Below, piece by piece: positions 51,942 to 62,594 of a DNA stretch of 64,000 nucleotides. Source of the stretch: Diplonema japonicum (lineage: Eukaryota; Protista; Euglenozoa: Diplonemea); assembly GCA_964019335.1 (NCBI GenBank), contig OZ025736.1, forward strand, positions 186,001 through 250,000. Reading direction: 5' to 3'. How positions within the stretch are numbered: position 1 is the stretch's first letter; the number at the start of each line of letters is the position of its first letter. The notes under the pieces were generated by a model that did not search any database, had not been told where the DNA came from, and saw only the letters and a list, made by a program, of their open reading frames with translations. The position numbers were made by a program, and so were the translations under genes.

Positions 51942-54191
51942 TCACTCATCTTCGTCCTCGGCAAGAAAAACATTAGCTTGACTTCTGTTTAATATTGTCT
52001 GCAGCAGCAACCTTGTCATCGATGCCTCTGTGCTCGGCATTCCGGATACCTGTGTAGTGGTAGTGCAGAGCTTCAAGCATACCTTCGACATCACCAGACC
52101 ATGCCTACCTTCATAGTACGCAAGCTTCTGTCTTTGCGGGCCACACACATGGCTTACGAACTGCCACCCCACTTCAGAGTCGCACTGCTTGCAGTACAAC
52201 GGTGCCACCTTCATTCGCCCCTGCGCTAAAAACTGAACTGTAACCGGGCCGGTCCTGCAGCTTCCCTCCTCGACGGCATTAATGTACGTGGCTGCCTCGC
52301 TTCTCATGGAGCCCTCAAGCTTCCATCTATGTCTGGTTGACAGGATCTGATCTCTCCTACAAAGCACATTGCCACAGGCCTCGTTTGCACACTTCAAAAC
52401 CTGTTCGTCCTCTAGTGGCGGTGCGGGGTCCGTTCTCAAGTACGCATTGCACAGCAAGTATTTCCCCACCCACGACTCTCCTGCTTGCCTCTCAGGCGGT
52501 TCCGTTACAAAAGTCACACCCAGTGCACGCCTGCATTTCTTGCACTGAACATCCAGCACGTCAGCACCAAGGCACAACGCGCTGCAGTACGTCAGCGACG
52601 GGTCTGCATGCACGATGTTCTCGGTGAGCTTCGCCAGCAACACACCACTGCCGTCATCCAAGTCAAGGCATCCGCCGATAGAGGCGGTGTCCACTGCATT
52701 GAACTTCTGAGCCACAGGCAGCCCGCAGCATTTGCTATAGTACACCTCTTCCCTGGCTGCCTGGACCCGTCTCTCACGTTCTTCAATCTGCGTTCTCTCT
52801 TTACTCACAAGCTCCTGTTGTTCCTCCACGGACAACAGCTGCCCATACCTCACGCGCAGCTTCTTCACAATACTGAACGTGCTCTCGCTATCTTTTTTCA
52901 CTAAACACAGATCGCTCTCCACCGGTGTCACAAGCACACCTCCTATTTTCAGCAATCTGACGATGTCACCCAATCTTTGCTCTGGGCACGATGCCCCGCT
53001 GTGGATCTTGTCGTAGCCTGCTTTATGCTCCTCAGGTAGCGCTGCAAGCAAACGGTCGGTGTCTGGAACAGAGAAGGCATTTGACGTAAAAACGCTGATG
53101 CTGCTCAGGTCAGGATGCGGCAGGGGCTGGTCGCTCACCTTCAGAGCGCTGAAGTTTCCACAAGACAGTGTCGTGCCGTCCCATCTAAGTGTGTAAGTGA
53201 GGGGGACCCATGTGAGCTGATCCCACATGTATCTTGTGCTGAGCACCTGGTTCTCCTGCAGGGAGATGTCAACATAGGCTGCAGTGTCGTCCGCAGCGTG
53301 CAGTGACCCTTTGCACAAGGTGGTAGTCTTTCCTCTGTTGGGCCAATGGAACCTGCCTCTGAAGGATAGTAGAGTATCTCTGGAGTCTATGAACAAGTAG
53401 AACTGGTGTCCGTCGTGTGACCCCGCAAACACTGTGCCCGGCAGCAGCTTCCCCATCGGTGTCGGCGCCATGTGCTCCTCCCTTTCTTTGCGTGCTGCGT
53501 GGACCCTCCTGTTCTGCACTGCTATATTGCGTTTCGCGAAGGCTGTCACCGTATCTCGTATATCGATGGCGTGCACTGTGCCCTGTTTTTTAACAAGCTG
53601 CGATGCGAATGCAGCAACAACACCGCACCCTGTGCCAATATCTAGGAAGGCCTCACCTTGTTTCAGGCCCAGTTCTTGCAGGCAAAAAACATGTAAGTGT
53701 GCTGCTGAAACATTGAACTGCAGTAGTGAGACTTGCAAAGGGTGGTGTGTGACGTAAGCCTGTGCCCTGTGCTGAGGTGGAACGAACTCACCCCGTGGAA
53801 GCTGCAACATCGCTAGCTCGAGATCCGCGTCTCGCAGGCTGTGCTCGTCAAGGTTTTTAAGGTTTGTAACTAGTTCGGAGTTACTGCAGCTTCTGCTTGC
53901 AACCATGCGTATTTCAGAATGCAGTAGTTGGCTCTGTATCTCTGCTACTGCAGCCCTTCTCAGTTCGTAGTGCTCTGGGCGCTTCTGCATGATTTCGGCT
54001 TCCAGTTCCTCCTCCACTCTTTGGGGTATCTTGCAAAGGTGCTTCCTGTCCAAGGGGCACGTCAAGGTTCCATCAGCCATCGAAAACCACCGCTGCAAAC
54101 AGTGGCAGCAAAAAGTATGTCCACATTCGGACCTCACAGGCTGAAACAGCAGCTCGTAACATATGGGACACAGATATTCGTCATTATCCAT
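51942..54191 (-). CDS. RING finger + PCMT/PCMTD-like methyltransferase (split by an insertion) + two Yippee/Mis18-like domains
   Basis: RING: CPIC..CGHTFCCHC..CPLDR. PCMT-like: NVSAAH..FLDIGTGCG..HAIDI and YDKIHSGASC..LLKIGGVLVTPV. Yippee-like: CCG...DVQCKKCRRALG and CANEAC...LYCKQCDSEVGWQF...YYEGR. Confidence 0.85.
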   Translation of the reverse strand: MDNDEYLCPICYELLFQPVRSECGHTFCCHCLQRWFSMADGTLTCPLDRKHLCKIPQRVEEELEAEIMQKRPEHYELRRAAVAEIQSQLLHSEIRMVASRSCSNSELVTNLKNLDEHSLRDADLELAMLQLPRGEFVPPQHRAQAYVTHHPLQVSLLQFNVSAAHLHVFCLQELGLKQGEAFLDIGTGCGVVAAFASQLVKKQGTVHAIDIRDTVTAFAKRNIAVQNRRVHAARKEREEHMAPTPMGKLLPGTVFAGSHDGHQFYLFIDSRDTLLSFRGRFHWPNRGKTTTLCKGSLHAADDTAAYVDISLQENQVLSTRYMWDQLTWVPLTYTLRWDGTTLSCGNFSALKVSDQPLPHPDLSSISVFTSNAFSVPDTDRLLAALPEEHKAGYDKIHSGASCPEQRLGDIVRLLKIGGVLVTPVESDLCLVKKDSESTFSIVKKLRVRYGQLLSVEEQQELVSKERTQIEERERRVQAAREEVYYSKCCGLPVAQKFNAVDTASIGGCLDLDDGSGVLLAKLTENIVHADPSLTYCSALCLGADVLDVQCKKCRRALGVTFVTEPPERQAGESWVGKYLLCNAYLRTDPAPPLEDEQVLKCANEACGNVLCRRDQILSTRHRWKLEGSMRSEAATYINAVEEGSCRTGPVTVQFLAQGRMKVAPLYCKQCDSEVGWQFVSHVCGPQRQKLAYYEGRHGLVMSKVCLKLCTTTTQVSGMPSTEASMTRLLLQTILNRSQANVFLAEDEDE

Positions 54192-54275
54192 CTTCCTGTT
54201 GTGAGTGTGGAATGAACGCATGTTTAGTGAAAAATATGAAAACTAAATGCTGAGCACAGAAGTACTAGCTTGTTG

Positions 54276-57200
54276 TTAAGTGACGCAATTGTGCGTGTGT
54301 CGCATCCAAGCGGCCAACGGCTTAAGCTTGCCGGGGAAGAGGGGGCTGTGCTGCTTTGTGTCGGTCATTGCAGCCTCACCGCTGTAAGAACTCGAGAGGT
54401 CAACAGGGCTTTTGTTACAGAATGGAGGTGTAGGGATTGGAGGGAGTGTTGCTGCCAAGGAGTGCTTCGAGAGGGCGTTCAACAGTGCAACTCTAGTAAC
54501 AGGTGTAACAGACGTGAGCGATACGTCCACAGCTTTGAGGCTGCAATGTGTTTTTAACACTGGAATGAGCTCTGCTGCTGTCGTGTCTGTGATACCAATG
54601 TTGTTACTCAGATTCAAGCTTGAAAGGGTGATATTTTGCTGCAGAGCACGGCATGCAGCACCCATCTCGCTGTCGGCGATGCCTGTGTTGCTCATGTTCA
54701 CAGCTGTCACAGTACTGTTCTCCCCCAAGGATCTGAATAGCGCTTCCACCTGATCATGGGTAAATCTCACGTTGCTGAAGTCCAACGAATAACCGCACCT
54801 CTTGTTGCCGCTTAGCACACCGCAGCACTTGGACACTTTTATTGTCATGTCCTGCGTGTCGTCCCGCAGCGTGTCCAACACGTCCTGCAGGCGCATGTCT
54901 CGAACAACAGGTTCCGACACCAACCGCATGACCCTCGGCTTCTTCATGTCCCAGCTTTTGCTCACATCACATTGCATATCAATGTTCCTCATCTGACACT
55001 TCATCGCAAGCTTCTGTGCACTGACACTTGTGCCTATCGACGTCGATCTCCTCCTTGGCCTCGTCTTCGACACAAGCAACTTGCAAAACTGATGGCTCAT
55101 GTTTTCAAGCAGGAGGCGTGCTCTCTCTTCCACGGATTCGATTTCCCGTCTCTCCTTCGTGCCGTCATTTCTCACCATCTTGAAAGCGTTTTTGAAGTAC
55201 ATTCTTATAACCTTCTTTCGTCTAATCAAGATGTCCCTCCACTCCTGTGTTGCCTGTCTGACTAGCCTGCATTTGGTTACAGCAAATGCATGCTTAAGCC
55301 CCCGCAGCTGTCTGTAATGCGCTGCTTTCAATGAGCTGTTGTGGCTGGTCGTCTTCTCTGCTGCCAAGCGCAACCATGTGCCCACAGCTTTTTCTTCGAT
55401 GAAATACCGTTCTCTTGTTTCTTCCTTACAGAGCACGGAGACAGTGGTCAGTGGAAGTGGGGTAGTATACTTCAAGTGTAGCAGCTGCTTGACAGTAGGG
55501 TGGTCTTGGTAAGTTTCCAGTAAGGTGCTCCTTGCAGCGTTTTCTACTATTCGAAGTTCTGAAAGTTCGGTGCTGTGTTGTGTGATGATGTTGCGAACGT
55601 TCAGTTGCAGAAGTCTCTTTTTGTACTGCAGCAGCTCGTGTTGCAAGCGGAGCCGACACTTCTGGTTGAGCCATTTTCCTTGGATCACGTACGCGGCAGC
55701 CTCCCTCTTAGAACTGTACGTTCGCCAGACGTGCTGAACGATGATAGCACTACCGATGCGCACAGCTTCGTGCATTTCAATCCTGCGGGCCTCTGCATGG
55801 AGACCATGGATTTTTCTTGCAGCATGTGACTTGACCATGCACTGGATGGTGACGCATGCTGCATCCTTGATTCTTCGCTCGGAGGACAATGCCAGCCTCA
55901 TCAAGCCACTCCTCCCCACACGGTTGAGCAGCCTTATCGCATGGTGCTCTTTCTTCAATTCGCGTAGGTGTGCAGCGTATGATTCGCGCAGGATCCCCCT
56001 GAGTATGCAGCCCTTGCCTGCCTTCTGCAGCACCAGACCTGCAGTAGCTTGCAACATGGCCCTCATCAGATTCTCGTCTCGTTTTCTTCTCAGCACTAGT
56101 TCTTTTAAGCTTGCTACTTGTCTTCTCCAGCACTGCAGTACTAACACAGCCTTTCCCACTATCCTTCTTCTAGCCATCAACTCATGCCTTTCCCGCATCC
56201 CTCTTCCAAACCTTTGCATGGCAGCGGCAGCACGGTTGTTGGCTTTATAAACACATTCTTTGTATTGTCTCTTCAGATGTTCTCTTCTTTCCCTTGCACG
56301 TTGCCTGCCTGTGACGCCCCGTACGATCTTCTGGATGCATGTCGCCTGGTGGTTTACGAACAACATCTCATGAGCTAATGCTGCGGCCGTTCGTTTTTTC
56401 GCTACCTGTATTCTTGCACTAGACCGTCTAGCCATTCTTTGGATCACACACGCTGCCCTGCGTCGGAGAAGAACCAAACCGCGAAGATGACTCCTGAGGC
56501 TATGTATACATGCATGCACAACCAGCGCAGATCGGTGGCGCATACGCAAGGTTTCTGCCATAGCAGCTCTGCTAAAAGCTTGTAGGCCAACAACCTGCGC
56601 CTCCAGCCTGTCCTGTCTAGTCTTGAGAGCATACTTCCTCCCGGCATGCCCTCTCCATACTCTTTCTATCTCTGTCGCGTTTCTTGATAACATCCTCTCG
56701 TGCTGCATCTTCTTCACAGCAGCTTTCGACATGACACGTGCCACGTGGTGCCTGTAGGCCCACTGTATCTTCTGCGCACATTCGTCTTCAATGAAGATGA
56801 TCTTCCTTTGCCGCATAAAACGCGCTTTTCGCAGAATCACTACTCTCCCCTGTGCAGACCACATTCTTGCAGTCCTTTGTAGGAAGACTGCTTGCCTATT
56901 ATACCATTGCAAAATAGCTTTCTTGATCTCTTGCTTAGACTGCCTTTGTCTGCTGAATGCCTGCACCACTATTGCAGCATGCTCTTTGTGAGCCATGCGC
57001 TCCAACAGGTCTTCGTAGTCGCACTCCACGGATTGCTTGCTTACTCGTCTCGACCTCAGCTTCCTTGCCAACGACAGACGAAAGAACCTTTGCATTGTGG
57101 CAACACTAATGGTGGCTCGTGACGCAGCGGCTTCCTTAGCGGCCATCGCCACGCAGTCTGCATGCTCGCGTGTGATAATAAAGCGGGCTTCCTCTTCAGC

Positions 57201-60200
57201 GGCCTCGTGCTCATCTTGTTCCTGCTGCCTTATGCTGTGGTAGGTGAGGAACAAGTTGGTCAACAGCCTGGCCTCCCCGGCGATCGTAACTTCTCTTCTG
57301 TGGCACTGCTCCCAGCTGGCCATTGCAAGGACTTGAATTTCGTGCCATCTTCTCCTACTTGAGTACATCACCGCAACCCTATGTCTTTCTTCGAGGGATT
57401 TGTTTTCATTTGCCCGAAGCAACAAACACTCGCTGCTTTTAGAACCCCAGACTTCAGAGAGGCCGCTGTGCTGAAGCGTCACCATGGCGTCTCGTTGCTC
57501 GCGCTCTTCGAGCTGTGTGTCAAACAGTTCCTGCTCACACATGATAGCTTGCCTTCCCTCAGCGAACGAGGCCGCTAAGCTAGACAGTCCGCTCAATTGA
57601 TCTGACGTGAAACTGTCGCGTTCCACCTGCTCTTGTAACAGAAAGAGCTGTTCTTCTATGCTGCAGCTTTCACTTCGCATGGTGAGCCATGTGCTGTGGA
57701 GTGCCACAAGGTTGTCGTCCCATAAGTTTGTGCGAGACAAGGCCTCATCACCTTCGGCTTCTTTCAATTTACTTCCCAGCAATGTGCTCCACTCAGCATT
57801 CACCACTAACTCCCTACCCGCAGCCTCTTCGACACACAGCACCTTTTGCTCTTCATTTCGTCTCATGTTGATACAGGCCACCACAATGCCCTCGACGCCC
57901 TTCTCATGATCGTCTTCAAGGAATGACCTGCTATTTCCCTCATTCACCACAATCGTGAGCCGCATAGCCTCCTGCAGTATCACATGTACGATGTGAGATG
58001 CCTTCTTCGCCACAGGGGACCATTCTTCGGACTCTTTTGAGATTAAAATACCCCGGGAAATGTTTTCGATCACCTCCAACTTGTGCTGCAGGACCGCGTA
58101 GTACCCTGACCAGAACCCCGCATCGCATGGTGCCCTCTCAGCCTCATCGGCAGCAGTTATCTCTGTTCTGACCACCCTTTCGCTCACCACAATAGCATTT
58201 GTAGTGTAGTAGTTGCGTAGTTCTGTCCTGTAAATGTCTTGCTCCATGGTAATGAAAGACCTTGCCTCTCCTTCGACGCCTTCCTTGTCTGCCATGGTGA
58301 CTACGTGGCGCGTCTCAATGTGCGTTGTGAGGAGTGTGCACCGCAACACGTCTTCGGATCGCGACACCTCACATCGCTCTGTCTCCTCCTCCTTGCTGAA
58401 CTCTCGCAGTATCGCACACAGCCCCGCCTCGTTCAGTGACGTTGCCTCCCGCGACACAATCATCTCACGTGCGCCACGCTCGATCCTCTGCACTGTAAGA
58501 CGCTTTCTCGCCTCGGTTCCTAATATCTCGGTGACTTCTTCTCTTGAACCCTCGATGATCCATGTGCTCCACTGCTCCTCCAGTTCGTCCTTCCACTCGC
58601 CTATCAAGTACAACCTACCGTCCTCTTCACCTTGCAGCAATAGGCTTCTGTCGTTGTCAGGGAACGATGAGTCCAGAATACTAACCAATCTCGAGTGCTC
58701 ATTTCCTATCGCTGCCTCCCGCTCCGCGGCCTCATCGTCCAGCATCTGAATGCGCAGTAAGTGGAACCGTTCTAGAAGCTCTTCTATAAAGGCAGCTGAG
58801 AATGCGGACTGCTCTTCAATCACCACGAATGCTGTTGCTTCACTTGCCCGACACAACACACGGCCTTTGCTCTCTGTGATACACAGGCTTGCAACCTCCA
58901 CGTGGAGCAGGTGTAGTGTGTGATCTGCTTGGATCTTGCTGAGCATAGAGTGGTTTTGAACTTCAATGGCACCACGCGACAGCACTTCTTGGTGTGGCGT
59001 CCACATGACCTCCAAGGATACTCGCAACATGTTCCACTTGCGTTGTTCCTCTTCGGCGATACCTCTGTTGACCCACCAGTGCCTGCCCCACAGCCCGTAC
59101 CCTCTGCTACGTTCTTCTAGAAGTTCCACAGTTTCTATGTTTTCATGGTTCCTCAATTCCCGCAGGTACTCGTCCACCTGCTCGTCGTGTCTGCTGTGCA
59201 TGGCTTCCTTTTCAGCTTCTAGCAAGTTGCGCAACGCCACTCTCGCCTTGGCCTTCTCAGGCCCTTCTGTAAGTTCGTTCCTCAATGCCAATTCGTTCAG
59301 CAGCATAGCGTGTCTCTTGTTCATGTCGTTCACCTCTTTTGTCATGCCCTCCTTCCGCATGAACTCTTCCCTCTTCAGAAGAAGGCGCTCCTTCCATTCC
59401 TTGTGTATGGCGTCTCTGGTGTTGTGGATGTCTTCGTAACCTGCGACGATGCCTTCCCATTCTTCGTCGAACTGCGCGGCGATTGCTGTCCTGGCATAGT
59501 ACTCCGCCTCGTGCTGCGTTTCTGCTAGTTCAGCATGCTCGTTCTCAACACTCTTCCTCTCCATGTGCTGCCGAACCAGCACCTGGATCTGCTCCTTCTG
59601 CTTCTCCCTTCCCTTGTACCCTCGCCATATCCTCTGCACCATGATGGAAGCAGCTTCAGTCACAGCACCTTCCTCCAGGTCATCTGCGCTACAGAACACG
59701 ACAGACTGCTCAGCCTCCAGAAGCAGCTTGATCCTACTCGCTTCCCTTTCGTACAAGCCACCTGTAGCGCAGTCCCTGCAATTATACACAATGGATCTGA
59801 TGTACAGAGCGCGCAACTTGTGCTTCACAGTTGCGAGCGGTAGCAGGGCTTGAAGGGTCTCCAGGGTGCTGATGTTGAGATGCTGTGCAATGATAGATGC
59901 GGACTTGATGCTAATCAGCCTGATGCACCTGACGAGGAGGAACAGGGTCGGGGGCACTGTCACGTCCTCTGTGGTGCCCAACGTCAACACCATGTTGTGC
60001 AGCAGGAAGGGCAGCGTGCTGGCAAGGGATGCAAGGTGGTCGTGGAAGACAGCACCGTTGTCATCGTGCGTTGTGAGCGCCAGGCACAGCTCAAGGAGCT
60101 CAGTGTAGAGGGCCGTGTAGACGGGGTCTTGCATCGCTGCGTCTTGTGCCGCCAGTGAGCTCAGCAGTATTGCCACAGCGCAAGGTATCTTTGCACCAAT

Positions 60201-61091
60201 AACGCACTCCTTACCAAAGTGCAACACCACCTTCCGTACGCTTCGCACTGCGTTGTACATCGACAGCAGAAGATGCTCTTGAAAGCTTCCTACCACTTTG
60301 AAGTAATCATGGGCTGCTACGTGCGTGGCTCCAAAACGCAGAATGGTGTCGAGAAGCCGAAGTGCGTCACGTCCGACAAGGCTGTCGGGGGTGCTGCCTC
60401 CCATGGCGGTGACAATGCAACAGTAGGCAGATGTGTAGCCCAGCGTGCTGAGCGCGTCTCCGTTTTCGATGAGGGTTCTGATTTCGGGTTTGGTGTGGAG
60501 GGCGGCGAAGGTCATGAAAGCCTGTCTCTTGACAAAGGTGTGTGCCTGGCTGTTGAGGAGGGCGCCGAGGAGGAGGATGTTTTCCTTGTTGGGGTGCTTT
60601 ACAAAAGAGCTGCAGCATTTGCTGAAAACACCTTCTGAGGAGAGAACAGAACTGGCGTGCGGGCTGTGCCGTGCGAGCTGGGCGACGATCTCGAGAGAGA
60701 CACTCGTTTCAGTGCACAGCAGCTGCGAGGCCTTGCACCTGAGGAGCGCATCCACCTCGTTCTGAGCAAGGGAAGGACGACGCAAGACAAGCTCAGAGAG
60801 AATGCCGTCCACGTGCATGGTGTGCTGTGCATGAGCTGCTGTGAGGCGTTGCAGGAACTCTGCATCCTTCAGAATGCGGGAGGCGGAGGCACAGTCCTTC
60901 TTGCAGCATTCGTGTATTATATCCAGAGTGAGGGACACAGCATCAGTTTGCTTCACCCCTCCAACACCTTCTCCGGAGTGGAGCTTAAACAACTCAACGC
61001 TTGCTTCCAGCTCATCTTCATCAGTTATGCTCCCAGTGCTCGAGCTTTCCCTGCTCGAGCAACTACTGGCTGAGGGCTTCGAGTGCGGCAT
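54276..61091 (-). CDS. Giant multi-IQ calmodulin-binding protein with helical N-terminus, coiled-coil repeats and C-terminal RI-like LRRs
   Basis: 2271-aa ORF with many IQ-like motifs (VQRIWRGYKGR, IQKIVRGVTGR, IERVWRGHAGR) and terminal LxxNxTLxSLNLSNN repeats. Confidence 0.88.
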   Translation of the reverse strand: MPHSKPSASSCSSRESSSTGSITDEDELEASVELFKLHSGEGVGGVKQTDAVSLTLDIIHECCKKDCASASRILKDAEFLQRLTAAHAQHTMHVDGILSELVLRRPSLAQNEVDALLRCKASQLLCTETSVSLEIVAQLARHSPHASSVLSSEGVFSKCCSSFVKHPNKENILLLGALLNSQAHTFVKRQAFMTFAALHTKPEIRTLIENGDALSTLGYTSAYCCIVTAMGGSTPDSLVGRDALRLLDTILRFGATHVAAHDYFKVVGSFQEHLLLSMYNAVRSVRKVVLHFGKECVIGAKIPCAVAILLSSLAAQDAAMQDPVYTALYTELLELCLALTTHDDNGAVFHDHLASLASTLPFLLHNMVLTLGTTEDVTVPPTLFLLVRCIRLISIKSASIIAQHLNISTLETLQALLPLATVKHKLRALYIRSIVYNCRDCATGGLYEREASRIKLLLEAEQSVVFCSADDLEEGAVTEAASIMVQRIWRGYKGREKQKEQIQVLVRQHMERKSVENEHAELAETQHEAEYYARTAIAAQFDEEWEGIVAGYEDIHNTRDAIHKEWKERLLLKREEFMRKEGMTKEVNDMNKRHAMLLNELALRNELTEGPEKAKARVALRNLLEAEKEAMHSRHDEQVDEYLRELRNHENIETVELLEERSRGYGLWGRHWWVNRGIAEEEQRKWNMLRVSLEVMWTPHQEVLSRGAIEVQNHSMLSKIQADHTLHLLHVEVASLCITESKGRVLCRASEATAFVVIEEQSAFSAAFIEELLERFHLLRIQMLDDEAAEREAAIGNEHSRLVSILDSSFPDNDRSLLLQGEEDGRLYLIGEWKDELEEQWSTWIIEGSREEVTEILGTEARKRLTVQRIERGAREMIVSREATSLNEAGLCAILREFSKEEETERCEVSRSEDVLRCTLLTTHIETRHVVTMADKEGVEGEARSFITMEQDIYRTELRNYYTTNAIVVSERVVRTEITAADEAERAPCDAGFWSGYYAVLQHKLEVIENISRGILISKESEEWSPVAKKASHIVHVILQEAMRLTIVVNEGNSRSFLEDDHEKGVEGIVVACINMRRNEEQKVLCVEEAAGRELVVNAEWSTLLGSKLKEAEGDEALSRTNLWDDNLVALHSTWLTMRSESCSIEEQLFLLQEQVERDSFTSDQLSGLSSLAASFAEGRQAIMCEQELFDTQLEEREQRDAMVTLQHSGLSEVWGSKSSECLLLRANENKSLEERHRVAVMYSSRRRWHEIQVLAMASWEQCHRREVTIAGEARLLTNLFLTYHSIRQQEQDEHEAAEEEARFIITREHADCVAMAAKEAAASRATISVATMQRFFRLSLARKLRSRRVSKQSVECDYEDLLERMAHKEHAAIVVQAFSRQRQSKQEIKKAILQWYNRQAVFLQRTARMWSAQGRVVILRKARFMRQRKIIFIEDECAQKIQWAYRHHVARVMSKAAVKKMQHERMLSRNATEIERVWRGHAGRKYALKTRQDRLEAQVVGLQAFSRAAMAETLRMRHRSALVVHACIHSLRSHLRGLVLLRRRAACVIQRMARRSSARIQVAKKRTAAALAHEMLFVNHQATCIQKIVRGVTGRQRARERREHLKRQYKECVYKANNRAAAAMQRFGRGMRERHELMARRRIVGKAVLVLQCWRRQVASLKELVLRRKRDENLMRAMLQATAGLVLQKAGKGCILRGILRESYAAHLRELKKEHHAIRLLNRVGRSGLMRLALSSERRIKDAACVTIQCMVKSHAARKIHGLHAEARRIEMHEAVRIGSAIIVQHVWRTYSSKREAAAYVIQGKWLNQKCRLRLQHELLQYKKRLLQLNVRNIITQHSTELSELRIVENAARSTLLETYQDHPTVKQLLHLKYTTPLPLTTVSVLCKEETRERYFIEEKAVGTWLRLAAEKTTSHNSSLKAAHYRQLRGLKHAFAVTKCRLVRQATQEWRDILIRRKKVIRMYFKNAFKMVRNDGTKERREIESVEERARLLLENMSHQFCKLLVSKTRPRRRSTSIGTSVSAQKLAMKCQMRNIDMQCDVSKSWDMKKPRVMRLVSEPVVRDMRLQDVLDTLRDDTQDMTIKVSKCCGVLSGNKRCGYSLDFSNVRFTHDQVEALFRSLGENSTVTAVNMSNTGIADSEMGAACRALQQNITLSSLNLSNNIGITDTTAAELIPVLKTHCSLKAVDVSLTSVTPVTRVALLNALSKHSLAATLPPIPTPPFCNKSPVDLSSSYSGEAAMTDTKQHSPLFPGKLKPLAAWMRHTHNCVT

Positions 61092-61656
61092 GTCAGCCTG
61101 AAGGCAGGTGTCAAGGAGAAAGATATGCCAACCGGTTCAAATAAAAGGGAAAAGAGAGAGGGAAGGAAGAAAATATAAGTAAAAAAAAAAAAAAAAAAAA
61201 AGGGAAAAGACAAGAGAAAGGGAGGGAGAAGAAGAAGAAAAAAAAAAGTTTGTAAAATTTTTGTAAGAAAAAAAAAAACCTTTTTTTTTTTTTTTTTTTT
61301 CCAGTGTGTATTTTTCGTTGTTCTCTTCAAAGAACTTTTTTTTTTTTTTTTTTTTTTGCGTTGCAGTTATGTGTCGGGGGTGCTCACACGAAAAAGGGGG
61401 AAAAGGGGGTAATTGGGTACCCTCCGCAGCGGCGCAGTCGTTGCCCTGGTGAATATGGTGACGATTCACGTCAGAACACAGTACACACCACTTCACCATT
61501 CCCCGTCTTTAATAAAAGAAAAGAAAAGAAAAGAAAGAAAAGGCTAATATTCTGGGTCGCCTTATTTTCTTTTTTCTCTCCTTCAACAATAAGACATATT
61601 TCTTTTTTCTCATTTTTTTTTTTTTTTCCGCAACTGAACATACCTAAAAAAAAACA

Positions 61657-61688
<32 letters not shown>

Positions 61689-61898
61689 GCCCTAATAAAA
61701 ATTCGGAAAAAAAAAAAGAAAAGAAAAAAGAAAAAAGAAAAAAAACAAGAGAGGTGAACGTGTATAAATAAAAAGGGGGGGACAGGAAATTTGGAGGAGG
61801 AACAGAAGAAGGGGATGTAAAACAAAAGAAAAGGAATAACTTTGAATTTTTCTTTTGTATTTTTTTTTTTTAAATTCTCTTTTCCTCCCCTTCAACTC

Positions 61899-61931
<33 letters not shown>

Positions 61932-62594
61932 CCCGGTCCTAATGCCATCATAAAGAAAAAAATAAGCGGAAAAAAGTAACATAGACCAGACTCCAGCAAC
62001 AACCCGAATCGCAGAGGGCAAGTGCATGAAAGGAATGGAGAATAGTATTAAGGTAGAGGAATAAATAAAAAAGTCGAAAGAAGAAAAGAGAGAAAAAAAG
62101 GAAATAGAAGAAATATATCACAATTCAGGACAGCTCAGGGCGTGCCTCCCTCTTTTTCTTTTCCCTTTTTCTTTTGAAAAGTACATTTGTTGCAATAAAC
62201 TAGACAAATTTTAAAGGTTCAAGGTTCATGTTTTTCGCACTCCCAAGCTAGTCCCGCGGCTTTTTTTTTTTTTTTTTCTTCAAATAATAATTTAAAAAAA
62301 AAAAAACATTTAAAAAAACGTTGGGTGTAGAATTTCTTTTTTTTTGGAACAGAAAAAAAAAAAAAAAAAAAAAAAAAGAGAGACATTTAAGGGTACCTGC
62401 GGTATGTGGCAGGACGCCTGAAAAAAAAAAACAAAAAAAAAAAAGGGTATTGTGGAGAGAAAAAAAAATACAACGTTTGTTTTTCTTTTTTTCTTTTTTA
62501 TAAAGCTTCATTCATTCATTCTTGCAAAGGTGGTATGCTAACCACGGTCTTTTTTTTTTTTTTTTTTTTTTCTTTTCCCTTTCCCCGTTTGCCC

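Noticed and set aside
61100-62590. Lys/Phe-rich ORFs
   Set aside because: They are artefacts of poly-A/poly-T intergenic runs.
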